Below, piece by piece: positions 28,550 to 39,954 of a DNA stretch of 64,000 nucleotides. Location of the stretch: assembly GCA_963823665.1 (NCBI GenBank), contig CAWGMQ010000008.1:352001-416000 (forward strand), read 5' to 3'. The notes beneath the pieces are model-generated. The model saw only the letters and a program-made list of their open reading frames with translations, had not been told where the DNA came from and did no database searches. This stretch comes from an uncultured Planctomycetota bacterium. GTDB lineage: Bacteria; Planctomycetota; Planctomycetia; Isosphaerales; Isosphaeraceae. Numbering within the stretch: position 1 is the first letter of the stretch; every line of letters begins with the position of its first letter. Both the position numbers and the translations under genes were made by a program.

Positions 28550-29499
28550 ATGCCGATCGACCGATTCGAAGAGCTATATCGTACGGCAGATTCACGCCTT
28601 GGGCCTGAGCCGATTGCTGTTGCCGGCGCAGAGGATGCAACTGTCTTGCAGGCGATGGCCGCAGCGACGCTCGCGGATGGGTGCGACCGATACTGGTTGG
28701 CCCGGAAGCGCGGATTCGATTCGTCGCGTCGGTCGAACAGGTCAACCTGGAGCGTTTCGAGATTCGTGACGCGGAGGGCCCGGCCGTTGCCGCGCAGGCC
28801 GTTGCCGAAGTTCGGTCGGGCGCGGCGCGAGCGCTCATGAAGGGGCAGATTCCGACCCCCGAACTGATGAAAGCGGTGTTGGACTCCAAGGATGGTCTGC
28901 GTACAAACCAGGTGATCTGCCAGATCGTGCTGATGCAAGTGAGGCGAGACAATTGCACCCGCGCGTTTTTGCTGGCCGATACGGGCATCTGTGTGCAGCC
29001 CGGCCTCGACGACCGGATCGACATTCTGGGCAGCGCGGTGGACGTTGCCAGAATGCTCGGCGCAAAGAAGCCCAAGGTGGCGCTCATGGCCGCGACCGAG
29101 ACCGTGAAGGCCTCGATGCCGGAGACGGTGGAGTGGGCCGAGTTGACGCGCCGCGGACGGCTCGGTGAGTTTGGCGATTGTGTGGTTGAAGGGCCGCTTT
29201 CGTTTGATCTGGCTTTCGCGGTGGATGCGGGAGCGAAGAAGCACGTCGAGAGCGAGGTTGGCGGCGCGGCGGACGTCATGCTCTTTCCGAATTTGCTTTC
29301 CGCGAACCTGACCGTGAAGGCGATCATGTACACGGCGGAGTGCCGGTTTGGCGGAGTGCTTCGCGGAACCAGTGCGCCTGTCGTTTTCATGTCGCGCGCG
29401 GACACGACCGAAACACGGCTCAACTCGCTCGCGTTTACCTTGCGCATCCTCGATGAAGAGCGGAGGCGAGTTCATCTCGCGGGCAAAGCTTTGACGTAA
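28550..29499 (+). CDS. Phosphate acetyl/butyryltransferase family (indel ~28670)
   Basis: IAVAGAED, LMKG, ADTG, EGPLSFDLA, ADVMLFPNL, APVVFMSRAD. Confidence 0.88.
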
Positions 29500-29511
29500 A
29501 GGGGGCAGGCG

Positions 29512-31650
29512 ATGCGAGTGCAGCAAGTGGCGACGTGGCTCGTTCTCGTCCTGGGCGCGGTTCGGGCGATCGGAGGCCGGGACGTCATCGCTGCCTCCGA
29601 TGAAGGTGCCGCAAACGTAGCAAGTGCCGTTGAGCCGGCGCCTTCGGACACACTCAAGCGCTACCTGCTCGCCCAGGCGAAGGTCCACTTTGACGCCCGG
29701 CGCAAGGCGATCGCAGCCATCAAGACACCGGCGGACGTGGACCGGCGGAAGCAGGAGCTGCGGGCATTCTTTCTCAAGTCACTTGGCGACCTGCCCGAGC
29801 GAACGCCACTGAATCCACAAGTCGTGGGGAAGCTCGAGCGCGATGGCTACCGGGTGGAAAAAGTCATTTTTGAGAGCCGCCCGCGGCACCACGTCACGGC
29901 CAATCTGTACGTGCCGCAAGGGCAGGGGCCTTTCGCTGGCGTGCTGGTTCCCTGCGGGCATAGCGACAATGGCAAGGCGGGTGAGACGTATCAGCGAATC
30001 TGCATTCTTCTGGCGAAGCACGGAATGGTGGTGCTCTGTTACGATCCGATCGGGCAGGGCGAGCGATTCCAGATGCTGGACTCAAGCGGCAAGCCGGTGA
30101 TCCGGGGCACGACCGAGCACACGATGGCGGGCATCGGCGCGCTCTTGATCGGCCGGGAACTCGCGAGCTATCGGATCTGGGACGGCTTCCGCGCACTCGA
30201 TTACCTGGCGAGCCGGCCCGAGGTTGATCCCAAACGACTGGGCTGCACGGGCAACTCCGGGGGCGGCACGATGACCGCGTACTTGATGGCGCTTGATGAC
30301 CGGATCCGCGTGGCGGCGCCCTCGTGCTACATCACGACGCTCGAGCGACTTTTCGAGACGATCGGTCCGCAGGACGCCGAGCAGAATATCACCGGCCAGG
30401 TTGCGGCGGGTATGGAGCATGCCGACTTTATCACGATGCGGGCGCCCGAGCCGACGCTCTTGTCGGTTGGCACTCGCGACTTCTTTGACATCCGCGGGAG
30501 CTGGGATACCTATCGCGAGGTGAAGCTGATTTTCGGGCGGATGGGGTATGGGGAACGCGTCGATCTATTTGAGTCGGATGAGGAGCATGGATTCACCAAA
30601 CCACGGCGCGTCGCGGCCGCGCGCTGGATGAGCCGCTGGCTGCTCAAGCGCGACGAGGCATTTGACGAGCCGGAGTTTCCGATTTCGACCGACCAGGAGC
30701 TTCAATGCACGCGGAGCGGGCAGGTGCTTACGGATTTCCACGGGCTATCGGTGTTTGATCTCAATCGGGAGCGGGAGCATGAGCTGCGGAAGGTGCGGGA
30801 GGCGGCTGGTGCCAAGCGAACGCTGGCGGAATTCCGGGCGGAGGTGAAGAAGAGATTGGGGCTTGGTGAGTGGAGGGCGAGGCGGTTGCCGATGAAAGTT
30901 TCGGAGATGCCGCTCGGGGTCTTCACGCACAGCGGGGTCCTTACGTTTGATGTTGAACCGGGATTCGAGATTCCCGCCGCCGAGTGGAATAACGGAGAGA
31001 TCGCTGCGAATTCGCCGACCGCGATCATTGTTGGCTGGGCGTCGGGCTATCCGAAGGAGCCGCAGACAGAGCTACCGGATTGGCTTGGTGGCAGGGGAAT
31101 CCGACATATTCGATTCGGGACGCTCGGCGAGACACTTGGGACCGCGACAAGAGGCGATCCGCGCCCTGAATCCCCTTTCGGCAAAGACTGGCGGGAGGCG
31201 TTCATGGCGCTTTCCATGGACAAGCCTCTCCTCGGCCAGCGTGTGGCCGATTTGCTGAATATCCTCGAGACGCTCAATGCCGAAGGAGGCGGAAAGAACT
31301 CCGCGGGATTCCATGTTGTGGGACTGGGGCCGCTGGGACCTTTGGTGCTACACGCGGCGCTGCTTGATGAGCGCGGGCTGATCAAGAAAGTGACGATTCA
31401 AGACTCGCTGGTGTCATGGTCGAACATCGTGGAGAAGGGACTCAGCCGCAACCAGATGAGCAACGTTCTGCCGGGGGTGCTCACTTCGTATGATTTGCCT
31501 GACGTGGCGGCAGCGATAGCGCCGTTGCCGCTTGCGATCGTCGACGCGGTCGATAGCGAAGGCAAGAGGCCGGGGGTCCACACGGTGCGAGAGATTTATG
31601 CGGGGTGCTTGCAGAAGTATGGGGCGTCCGGAGCGATTGAGATTCGGTGA
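29512..31650 (+). CDS. Secreted acetylxylan-esterase-like alpha/beta hydrolase
   Basis: FESRP..VTANLY, PCGH, DPIGQGER, GNSGGG nucleophile elbow, second degenerate domain. Confidence 0.85.
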   Translation: MRVQQVATWLVLVLGAVRAIGGRDVIAASDEGAANVASAVEPAPSDTLKRYLLAQAKVHFDARRKAIAAIKTPADVDRRKQELRAFFLKSLGDLPERTPLNPQVVGKLERDGYRVEKVIFESRPRHHVTANLYVPQGQGPFAGVLVPCGHSDNGKAGETYQRICILLAKHGMVVLCYDPIGQGERFQMLDSSGKPVIRGTTEHTMAGIGALLIGRELASYRIWDGFRALDYLASRPEVDPKRLGCTGNSGGGTMTAYLMALDDRIRVAAPSCYITTLERLFETIGPQDAEQNITGQVAAGMEHADFITMRAPEPTLLSVGTRDFFDIRGSWDTYREVKLIFGRMGYGERVDLFESDEEHGFTKPRRVAAARWMSRWLLKRDEAFDEPEFPISTDQELQCTRSGQVLTDFHGLSVFDLNREREHELRKVREAAGAKRTLAEFRAEVKKRLGLGEWRARRLPMKVSEMPLGVFTHSGVLTFDVEPGFEIPAAEWNNGEIAANSPTAIIVGWASGYPKEPQTELPDWLGGRGIRHIRFGTLGETLGTATRGDPRPESPFGKDWREAFMALSMDKPLLGQRVADLLNILETLNAEGGGKNSAGFHVVGLGPLGPLVLHAALLDERGLIKKVTIQDSLVSWSNIVEKGLSRNQMSNVLPGVLTSYDLPDVAAAIAPLPLAIVDAVDSEGKRPGVHTVREIYAGCLQKYGASGAIEIR

Positions 31651-31694
31651 GAGGGACGGTCCGCAATAGCGGACCCTACGAACCGGGAGGCAGC

Positions 31695-32516
31695 ATGAAC
31701 CGTTCTGGGATGGGCGCGCTCGGGGTGATCCGGATGGGGCTCGGGCGAGCTGCACTCGCACTCGTGTCGTGCGCGATCTTGTTCGGCATGGTGAATGGGG
31801 CCGCGGCTCGGGGGTTTTGGCAGCAGCCGGCCACGATCGATTTTCGGCAGCCTGAGCGGCAATATGAGGGTGTGAAGCTGGTGGATGCCAAGTACGGGGA
31901 AGTGACCGTTTCGGTCGAGAAACAACTGAAAGCCGAGGCCCCTGCCGTTTCCAAGCGCGCGCTGGCGCGGCTCAAGACCATGCGGGCGAAGGCGCTCGAG
32001 GCAGCACCCAAACACGCGCGAGAGCGGCTGGCGAAGGTCCCGTATTTCCTCATGTACGGCCCGAAAGCGAGAAATGGCGGGAAGCCGAGCGGGCTTGACT
32101 ACATTCAGAAGAATGGGCCTGAGCATCATCCCGAGCTCGACCCGCGGTGGGGTGACGCCATTGTGATCTACTGTGCCAAGAATTATCTGGACATCACGGA
32201 TCTCTGGGCGCTCAAAGCACTCTTCCATGAACTTGGCCACGCCTATCAACTCGAGCAGTGGCCCGAGAAACAGCCGGACATTCTCGCGGCCTGGGAGCAC
32301 GCCCGGGACAACAATCTGTACTTGAACGTGCGTGACGTCGAAACCGGCAAGAGACTGCCCGAGGCGTATGCACTCACGAATCAGCTTGAATTCTTCGCCG
32401 AACTCTCGTGTATGTATTTTGTTCGATGCAACTACGAGCCGTCGAATCAAAAACAGCTCAAGGCTTACGATCCGGTGGGGTACGCGATGATCCGGAAGAT
32501 GTGGAAGGTCGAGTGA
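31695..32516 (+). CDS. Secreted zinc metallopeptidase (HExxH; MtfA/lethal-factor-like)
   Basis: HELGH, YALTNQLEFFAE, LKAYDP. Confidence 0.8.
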   Translation: MNRSGMGALGVIRMGLGRAALALVSCAILFGMVNGAAARGFWQQPATIDFRQPERQYEGVKLVDAKYGEVTVSVEKQLKAEAPAVSKRALARLKTMRAKALEAAPKHARERLAKVPYFLMYGPKARNGGKPSGLDYIQKNGPEHHPELDPRWGDAIVIYCAKNYLDITDLWALKALFHELGHAYQLEQWPEKQPDILAAWEHARDNNLYLNVRDVETGKRLPEAYALTNQLEFFAELSCMYFVRCNYEPSNQKQLKAYDPVGYAMIRKMWKVE

Positions 32517-34767
32517 CGGGCGATTTTGGCCCGTCGGTCAGGAATTCGGTGGGGTTCAACATCACTTCGTCGCCGCTCTCGATTCCTTGCTTGATCTCGA
32601 CGAGCTTGTCGCTGGAGAGACCAAGGCTCACCTCGCGCAGCTCGATAGCACCGCCGGGCTTCTGCACCGCCACGTGGGCTTTTTGGGTGTTGGGATCGTA
32701 ACGAAGGATCGCCTCGACGGGAACGGCTAACGCGTTTTCGCGATGAGCGAGCAGGAACTCGACGTGGGTTGCCATGCCGGGGCGAAGCTCCGGGATGGCG
32801 TTGTCGACCGTGACTTTGGTCGTGTAGAACTTGGCGCCGCCCTGGGTCAACGCCGGCGCGTCTGGCAGGGGCGCGATTTCGACGACCGTGCCATCGAACG
32901 ACTGGCTGTGAAAGCTGTCGACGCGAATCGTGGCGTGCATCCCTCGTCGAAGCTTATCGACGTGCGATTCGCGCACTTTCGCGATCACCAGCTTCGGTCC
33001 CTTTGGGTCGATCACGCTGAGGATCTTCTGCCGTTCGCGGACCTGCGCACCTTCCTCGATTTGAGGGATCGGGGGTTGGTTTGCGCGGCTGCGTGGTGGG
33101 TTTGCGTAAACGATCGTGCCGTCTCCGGGCGCGATGATCTTGCATGCGGCGATTTGCCTCTCCAGCTTCCTCTGCTTACTCTGCTCGAGCTGCCACCTGG
33201 CCTGTTTGGCGAGCTCGTCCAGCCGCTTTTGTTCGACGTCAACTGTCAGCGCCTTGATCGTCTTTTCTTTGGTGTACTTCTCAAGAAGCTCCCGCCTCGA
33301 CTTCGCCAGCTCAAGTGCGGCCTTCTCACGTTCGATGGTTTGTTCGCTTACGTCGACGCGGTCTTCAATTTCGAGCTCCGTCAGTACGTCCGAGGGCGCC
33401 GCGGCACCGTTCCTGGCTGCCGCCAGCTCGGCGAGTCGCTGGCGAGCGCGCCGGGCTCGATCGAGCCGGTGTTCGGCTTTCTGGATGGCTGATTCGGCGA
33501 GAGTCACGTCTCTCTGCACTGCGCTCAACTCGTGCTTGTAAGTGCCCTCGATAAACTCCCGCACAGCGAGCTCAGTGACCTCCCGGGCAGCGGTGGCGGT
33601 TTGATATTCGGCATTTGCGCTCGCGACCGTGATCTGGGCGTTCGTCAGTCGATCGCGAAGCGAAGCCGAGTCGAGCTCACAGATCGTCTCTCCCTTCTTG
33701 ACGAACTTGCCGTCAGGAACGATCTGGATGATCGTCGTTCCTCCCTCAACGCTGCTGTAAACGTCCTGATGCCGCGCCGAGTCAAGCTGGCCCCGCTCGA
33801 CGATGGTGAGGTCGAGCTTGCCTGGCGTGACGCGAAGCGTGAGGGGGCCGTCGCCGCGGGTTGTGTGGGCGCCGTCTGCGGTGTTCGTTCGCGCCGCGGG
33901 GGCCTGCCTTTGTGCGTAGATGCCGGCGCCCGAGACGGTCGCTCCTAACACGAATAGAACGGAGCCGGTCTTCAACCATCGGGCGAGTGACATGGCTTTC
34001 GTAACCTCCTGCGCGAGCGAGAGAGTCGACGCTTTGACGGCGGTCTGGCAGGTGACAAATTGAACGATTGAGCGGGTGGTGGATTCGACCAGGGCAGGCG
34101 GGACAACCGGATTGGCAGCGGTGAAAACGGAGCCGCTGCCGAGCAACGCAACGTTCGGTGTGACACCTTGCCGTCGAAGCCGATCGCGGAGTTTTTCGCG
34201 GCCCCGCGCCTGTCGGCTTTTCACGGTGCCGACCGGCCAGCCCAGATGCCTTGCCGCCTGCTGGTGGCTGCATCCCTCGAGATCGCAGAGAATAACGGGC
34301 GTCCGATAACGCTCGGGGAGCCTTTCGATCTCTTGGTGGAGCAAATTGTCGAGATCGGCGGTTTTCACGGTGTGTGCCTCCGGCCGGGTTGCGGCCACGC
34401 GCTCTTCATGCTTCCGCCGCCGGGCAGCGGCGAGTCGGGCGCACGACGCGGTGCGAAAGGCAACCTGATGGAGCCACGGGCCGAGCGAGTCGCGAACCCA
34501 CAATCCGCGCGCCTTCTGGACCAAGACCAGGAATGTGGCCTGGAACGCGTCGTCGACTTCGAGGCCACCGGAGAGCGTGCTTCGGCAGACGCGGAGAACC
34601 ATCGGCCCATGGCGCTCAACAAGCACGGCGAAGGCCAGCTCGGCTGCCTCGCTGCGGTCAGTGGCAAACCGCTCGAGGAGTTGACCGTCGGTCAGGTCGC
34701 GGACCACTCCGATGTTGAAGAGCGTTTTGAGCTCGTGGACCAGGGCCGCGCTTTGGTCGCATTCCAT
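32458..34767 (-). CDS. ECF sigma factor fused via a TM helix to an efflux membrane-fusion (HlyD/MacA-like) domain, copy 1
   Basis: TDGQLLERF..RHGPMV..DAFQATF (sigma2), LPERYR..LGWPVGTVKSR (sigma4), TM, biotinyl-like/coiled coil, IAPGDG, LRPGM, V.LGLS. Confidence 0.88.
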   Translation of the reverse strand: MECDQSAALVHELKTLFNIGVVRDLTDGQLLERFATDRSEAAELAFAVLVERHGPMVLRVCRSTLSGGLEVDDAFQATFLVLVQKARGLWVRDSLGPWLHQVAFRTASCARLAAARRRKHEERVAATRPEAHTVKTADLDNLLHQEIERLPERYRTPVILCDLEGCSHQQAARHLGWPVGTVKSRQARGREKLRDRLRRQGVTPNVALLGSGSVFTAANPVVPPALVESTTRSIVQFVTCQTAVKASTLSLAQEVTKAMSLARWLKTGSVLFVLGATVSGAGIYAQRQAPAARTNTADGAHTTRGDGPLTLRVTPGKLDLTIVERGQLDSARHQDVYSSVEGGTTIIQIVPDGKFVKKGETICELDSASLRDRLTNAQITVASANAEYQTATAAREVTELAVREFIEGTYKHELSAVQRDVTLAESAIQKAEHRLDRARRARQRLAELAAARNGAAAPSDVLTELEIEDRVDVSEQTIEREKAALELAKSRRELLEKYTKEKTIKALTVDVEQKRLDELAKQARWQLEQSKQRKLERQIAACKIIAPGDGTIVYANPPRSRANQPPIPQIEEGAQVRERQKILSVIDPKGPKLVIAKVRESHVDKLRRGMHATIRVDSFHSQSFDGTVVEIAPLPDAPALTQGGAKFYTTKVTVDNAIPELRPGMATHVEFLLAHRENALAVPVEAILRYDPNTQKAHVAVQKPGGAIELREVSLGLSSDKLVEIKQGIESGDEVMLNPTEFLTDGPKSPVTRPSTSSGSSRTPPDRKP

Positions 34768-34853
34768 TGGTGGGGATTCTCCGTCGCGGGGATGGTCGAG
34801 GCGGACCCTACGAGAGCGTGTGTCGGCGGCGGACGCGGTTGGCCCCGCCACAG

Positions 34854-34889
34854 GTAATGTACCGCGGGGCGCTCAGAGTTCCGAGATTC
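34854..34889 (-). promoter_or_regulatory. ECF-type promoter GAATCTCGGAACTC-N9-CGCGGTACATTAC; also 37305-37340 and 39829-39864
   Basis: Boxes identical in all three copies while the 9-nt spacer varies; GGAACT resembles ECF -35 elements. Confidence 0.75.
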
Positions 34890-34918
34890 TGGGGATTCGC
34901 AGTCGAATCAAAGCGGAC

Positions 34919-37214
34919 TCACGGCTTACGATCCGGTGGGGTAGGCGATGATCCGGAAGATGTGGAGGGTTGAGTGAGGGGTGATGTTGTCTTTCCGCTC
35001 AACGTGGCAGTGGGATTCAGGATCACGTCGTCGCCGCTTTTCAATCCTTGCGTGATCTCGACAACCTTCTCGCTGGAAAGGCCCACGCTCACGGCGCGGA
35101 GCTCGCTCTTGCCGCCGGCCTTTCGCACGGCTACGTGGGGCTTTCCTTCGTGATGGAGTATTGCCTGAACGGGCACAGCCATCGCGTTCTCTCGATTGGC
35201 GAGTAAGAACTCGACCTCGGTCGACATGCCGGGGCGCAGGCCGGGGATGGCGCCGTTGATGAGCACCTTGGTGGTGTAAACACTCGCGCCCGAGTCTGAG
35301 GGAAGCGAGTCCGGCAGGGGCGCAATGTCGGTGACGACGCCGTTGAATAACTGTTCGGGGAAGGCGTGAACGCGAACCTTGGCTTTCATGCCGCGCCGAA
35401 TGCCGGCGACCTGCGACTCGCTCACCTTGGTGGCAACCTGCATTCTCGATAGGTCTGGAATCGATAGGATTTTCTGCCTCTCCCGAACCTGCGCGCCTTC
35501 CTCGATATATGGGAATGGCGGGCGGTTTGTCCCGACCCGTGGCGGTTTGGCATAGACCAGCAGTCCGTCCGTGGGCGCTACGAGCGTGCACGCCGCAATT
35601 TGTCGCTCGAGGCTCTTCGCTTTGCTCTGCTCAAGCTGCCATCGCTCTTGTTTCGCGCGCTCTTCGGGACGAGCTCGCTCGACCTCAAGTGCGAGCGCTT
35701 TGAGCGTTCTGTCTCGCGTAAATTTCTCGAGGATCTCCTGTCTGGACTTTGCGCGGTCGAGCGCGGCCTTTTCGCGCAACAGGGATTGTTCGCTTTCATC
35801 GAGCCGGTCTTCGATGTCAAGCTCGGCTACGATATCCGAAGCCGCGACGACTCCGTTCTTGCCAGCCAGTAAGTCGGCGAGCCGCTGACGAGCTTTGCGG
35901 GCTCGATCGCGCCGGCGCTCGGATTGCTGGATGGCCGATTCGGCCAGGGCCACGTCCGCCTTGGCGGAATTCAGCTCTTGCGTGAATGTGCCATCGACGA
36001 ATTCCGCGACCGCACTTTCGGCGAGCTCACGGGCGACCCTGGCATTTTGAAAATCGACCTCGGCGTTCTTGATCGCGATCTGGGCGTTGACCAGTTGATC
36101 CCTTAGCGACGCTGAATCGAGCTCACAGACGACCTCGCCTTTTGTGACCCGAGTTCCTTCGGGCTTGATCATGATGATGGACGTTGTACCCTTGACGTTA
36201 CTGAACATGTCTTGATTCCTCGCCGATTCGAGCGAACCTCGCTCAACATAGGTGAGCTCGAAGGCACCCGGCTTGACCTGGAATGTGATCGGCTCGTCGC
36301 TAAGGGCGGTTTCGGTATCAGTTCGGGCCGGAGGCGGAGGCGCAGGCGCTCGACCGTGGGTAACCAGCCCGGCGCCCGAGACAGTCGCGCTGATCACGAA
36401 AAGTACGGAAGCGGCCTTCGACCATCGCGATAGCGACATGGCTTTGACAACCTCTTGCGCGAGTGAGAGAGTCGATGCTTTGACCGCGGTCTGGCATGTG
36501 ACAAATTGAACGACGCAGCGAATGGTTGATTCGACGAGCACCGCCGAGACCACGGGTTGGGGACCCATCGAGAGAGAGCCGCTGCCGAGCAAAGCAACGT
36601 TCGGCACGACGCCCTGGCGGCGGAGCCGGTCGCGGAGTTTTTCCCGTCCCCGTGCCTGCCGACTTTTGACCGTGCCGACTGGCCAGCCCAGATGCCGCGC
36701 CGCCTGCTGGTGGGTGCATCCTTCGAGATCGCAGAGCACAACGGGCGAGCGATAACGCTCGGGCAACCTTTCGATCTCGGCGTGGAGTAAACCGTCAAGA
36801 TCATCATTTTTCACAGTCTGTGCCTCCGGCCGAGTGGCCGCCAAGCGCTCTTCGTGCTTCCGCCGGCGGGCGGCGGCCAGGCGGGCGCGCGACGCGGTGC
36901 GAAAGGCAACCTGATGGAGCCATGGGCCGAGGGAGTCGCGAACCCACAGGCCGCGCGCCTTCTGGACCAGGACGAGGAACGTGGCCTGGAACGCGTCGTC
37001 GACTTCGAGCCCGCCGGAGAGTACGCTTCGGCAGACGCGGAGGACCATTGGTCCGTGGCGCTCGACGAGGATCGCAAACGCGAGCTCGGCGGCCTCGCCG
37101 CGGTCGGTGGCGAAGCGCTCCAGGAGCTGACCGTCGGTCAGGTCGCGGACGACGCCGATGTTGAAGAGTGTTTTGAGGCTCATGAGCCAGGGCCGTGCTT
37201 TGGTCGCATTCCAT
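34919..37214 (-). CDS. ECF sigma::membrane-fusion protein, copy 2 (indel ~37180)
   Basis: MECDQS start at 37214; same architecture as copy 1. Confidence 0.85.
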
Positions 37215-37369
37215 TGGTGGGGATTCTCCGCGGCGGGGATGGTCCGCAATGGCGGACCCTACGGTAGCGTGTGTCCGCGGGTGAGTCGGTTGGCCCCGCT
37301 ACAGGTAATGTACCGCGAAGCGGTGGGAGTTCCGAGATTCTGGAGATTCGCCGTCGAATCGAAACGGGC

Positions 37370-39746
37370 TCAGGCTTACGATCCGGTGAATCGCGATGAT
37401 TCGGACGATGTGGAAGGTGGAGTGACGGGCGATTTGGGCCGGTCACTCAGGAATGCGGAGGGATTCAAGATCACGTCGTCGCCGCTCACGATGCCTTGCG
37501 TGATCTCGATGAGCTTGTCGCTCGAGTGGCCGACGCTCACCTCGCGAAGCTCGACGATCGCCTCCGGGCTTTCTTACGGCTACGTGGGGCTTGCCCTCGT
37601 AACGAAGAATCGCCTGGACGGGCACCGCGAACGCGTTGTCGCGATTGGCGAGGAGGAACTCGACTTCTGCCACGATGCCCGGACGCAGGCCGGGGACTTC
37701 GTTGTCCAACAGGAGGTGGGTCGTGTAGACCTTCGAGCCTCCCTGGGTGATGGCCGCCGCGTCTGGCAAGGCAGAAACTGCATCGACCGTGCCGTTGAAC
37801 GACTGGCCCGGGAAGCCGTCGATGCGAATCCGGGCTTTCATGCCGCGCTTGATGTGATTGACCCTCGCTTCACGCACTTTGGCCGTCACCCGTTTCTGGG
37901 CGTTCGGGTCGATCACACTGAATATCTTCTGGCGTTCGCGGAGCTGCGCGCCTTCCTCGATTTGATCCGCGGGGCCCTGATTTCCGCTTGGGACGGCGAG
38001 GCCGGCTCGTTCCAACCGGTGACGTTCCTCGATTTGAGCCGCGGACCCCTGATTTCCACGGCCGCGCGGAGGAGGGGCGTAGACCACGGTGCCGTCTGCC
38101 GGCGCTTTGATACTACACGCCGCGACCTGCCGCTCGAGCTTATCCGCGTTGCTCCGCTCGATCTGCCAGGTAACGCGTTTGGCAATCTCTTCGGTGCGCT
38201 TCCGATCAACCTCGAGTGCCAGTGCCTTGAGCGTCTTGTCGCGGGTGTATTTACTCGAGGATCTCCTGTTTGGTTTTCGCCTGCTCAAGGGCTGCCTTTT
38301 CGCGAGCGATGGTTTGCTCGCTCGCGTCGATCCGGTCTTCAATGTCGAGCTTGGCCAGGATGTCCGCGGGCGCGGCTACACCCTTTCTTGAAGCCATCAA
38401 ATCGCCGAGCTGGTCGCGTGCCTGCCGCGCACGATCTCGCCGCCGCTCGGCATGCTGGAACGCTGACTCCGCCAATGCAACATCGGCTCTGGCGGAATTC
38501 AACTCGTACTTGAAAGTTCCATCAACAAACTCGGCGACGGCGCTTTCGGCGAGTTCCCGCGCGATCCTGGCGTTTTTATGCATCGACGCTCCGCGGTCTG
38601 CACAATGATCTGGGCGTTCGTCAGTCGATCGCGAAGCTCCGCCGAGTCAAGTTCACAGACCAGCTCACCCTTCTTCACGAACGCACCCTCCGGCTTGATC
38701 ATGATGATCGACGTCCCTCCTTCGATGTTGCAGAAAGCGTCGTTCGTGCGGGCCATTTCGAGCCGGGCCGGCGAGACGATCGTGAGGTCGAGCCGGCCGG
38801 GCTTGACCCGGAGCGTGAGCGGCTCGTCGGCACGGGTTGTGGCTGCTACGCTGGTTCCGGCATTGAGCCGCGCCGCGGGCGTCTGCCTCTGCGCGTAAAT
38901 GCCGGCGCCCGAGACGGTCGCTCCTAACACGAACAGGATGGAACCCGTCTTTAACCATCGTGTCATCGACATAGCCTTGAGAACCCCCTGCGCGAGTGAG
39001 AGAGTCGACGCGTTGACGGCGGTCTGGCATGTGACAAATTGAACGACCGAGCGAATGGTTGATTCGACGAGCGCCGGCGAGACAACGGGATTGGGGCCCA
39101 TCGAGAGAGAACCGCTGCCGAGCAAGGCAACGTTTGGTACGACGCCCTGACGGCGAAGACGGTCGCGGAGCTTTTCCCGCCCCCGTGCCTGGCGGCTCTT
39201 GACGGTGCCGACCGGCCAGCCAAGATGCCTTGCTGCCTGCTGGTGGCTGCATCCTTCGAGATCGCAGAGGACCACGGGTGCGCGGAAACGCTCGGGGAGC
39301 TTTTCGATCTCGGCGTGAAGGAAACAATCGGGAGCCTCATTTTTCACGGTGTGTGCCTCGGCCCGGTTGGCAGCCGCGCGCTCTTCATGCTTTCGCCGGC
39401 GGGCGGCGGCCAGGCGGGCGCGCGACGCGGCGCGAAAGGCAACCTGATGGAGCCACGGGCCTAGCGAATCCCGAACCCACAGGCCGCGTGCCTTCTGGAC
39501 GAGGACCAGGAACGTGGCCTGGAACGCATCGTCGGAATCGAATTCGCCACCCAGTACGGTTCGGCAGACTCGGAGAACCATCGGGCCGTGGCGCTCGACC
39601 AGCACGGCAAACGCCAGCTCGGCGGCCTCGCCGCGGTCAGTGGCGAAGCGCTCCAGGAGCTGGCCGTCGGTCAGTTCGCGGATCACCCCGATGTTGAAGA
39701 GCGTTTTGAGCTCGTGCACCAGGGCCGCGCTTTGGTCGCATTCCAT
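37370..39746 (-). CDS. ECF sigma::membrane-fusion protein, copy 3 (several indels)
   Basis: ORFs 38499-39746, 38251-38583 and 37443-38342 tile the same architecture; small internal duplication GNQGxAxQIEE. Confidence 0.8.
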
Positions 39747-39954
39747 GTGTGGGGATTCTCCGCGCGGGGGATGGTCGAGGCGGACCCTACGAGGGAGGCG
39801 GCGGGTGAGTCAATCGGGCCCGATACATGTAATGTACCGCGGGGTGCTCGGAGTTCCGAGATTCTCGAGAATCGGGGCGCGCGGCGGCGCAAGGCCTTCG
39901 ACCACGCTCGTGAGACCGTGGTCACGGCGTGGAGGGTCGAGACAAGGATTTTTA

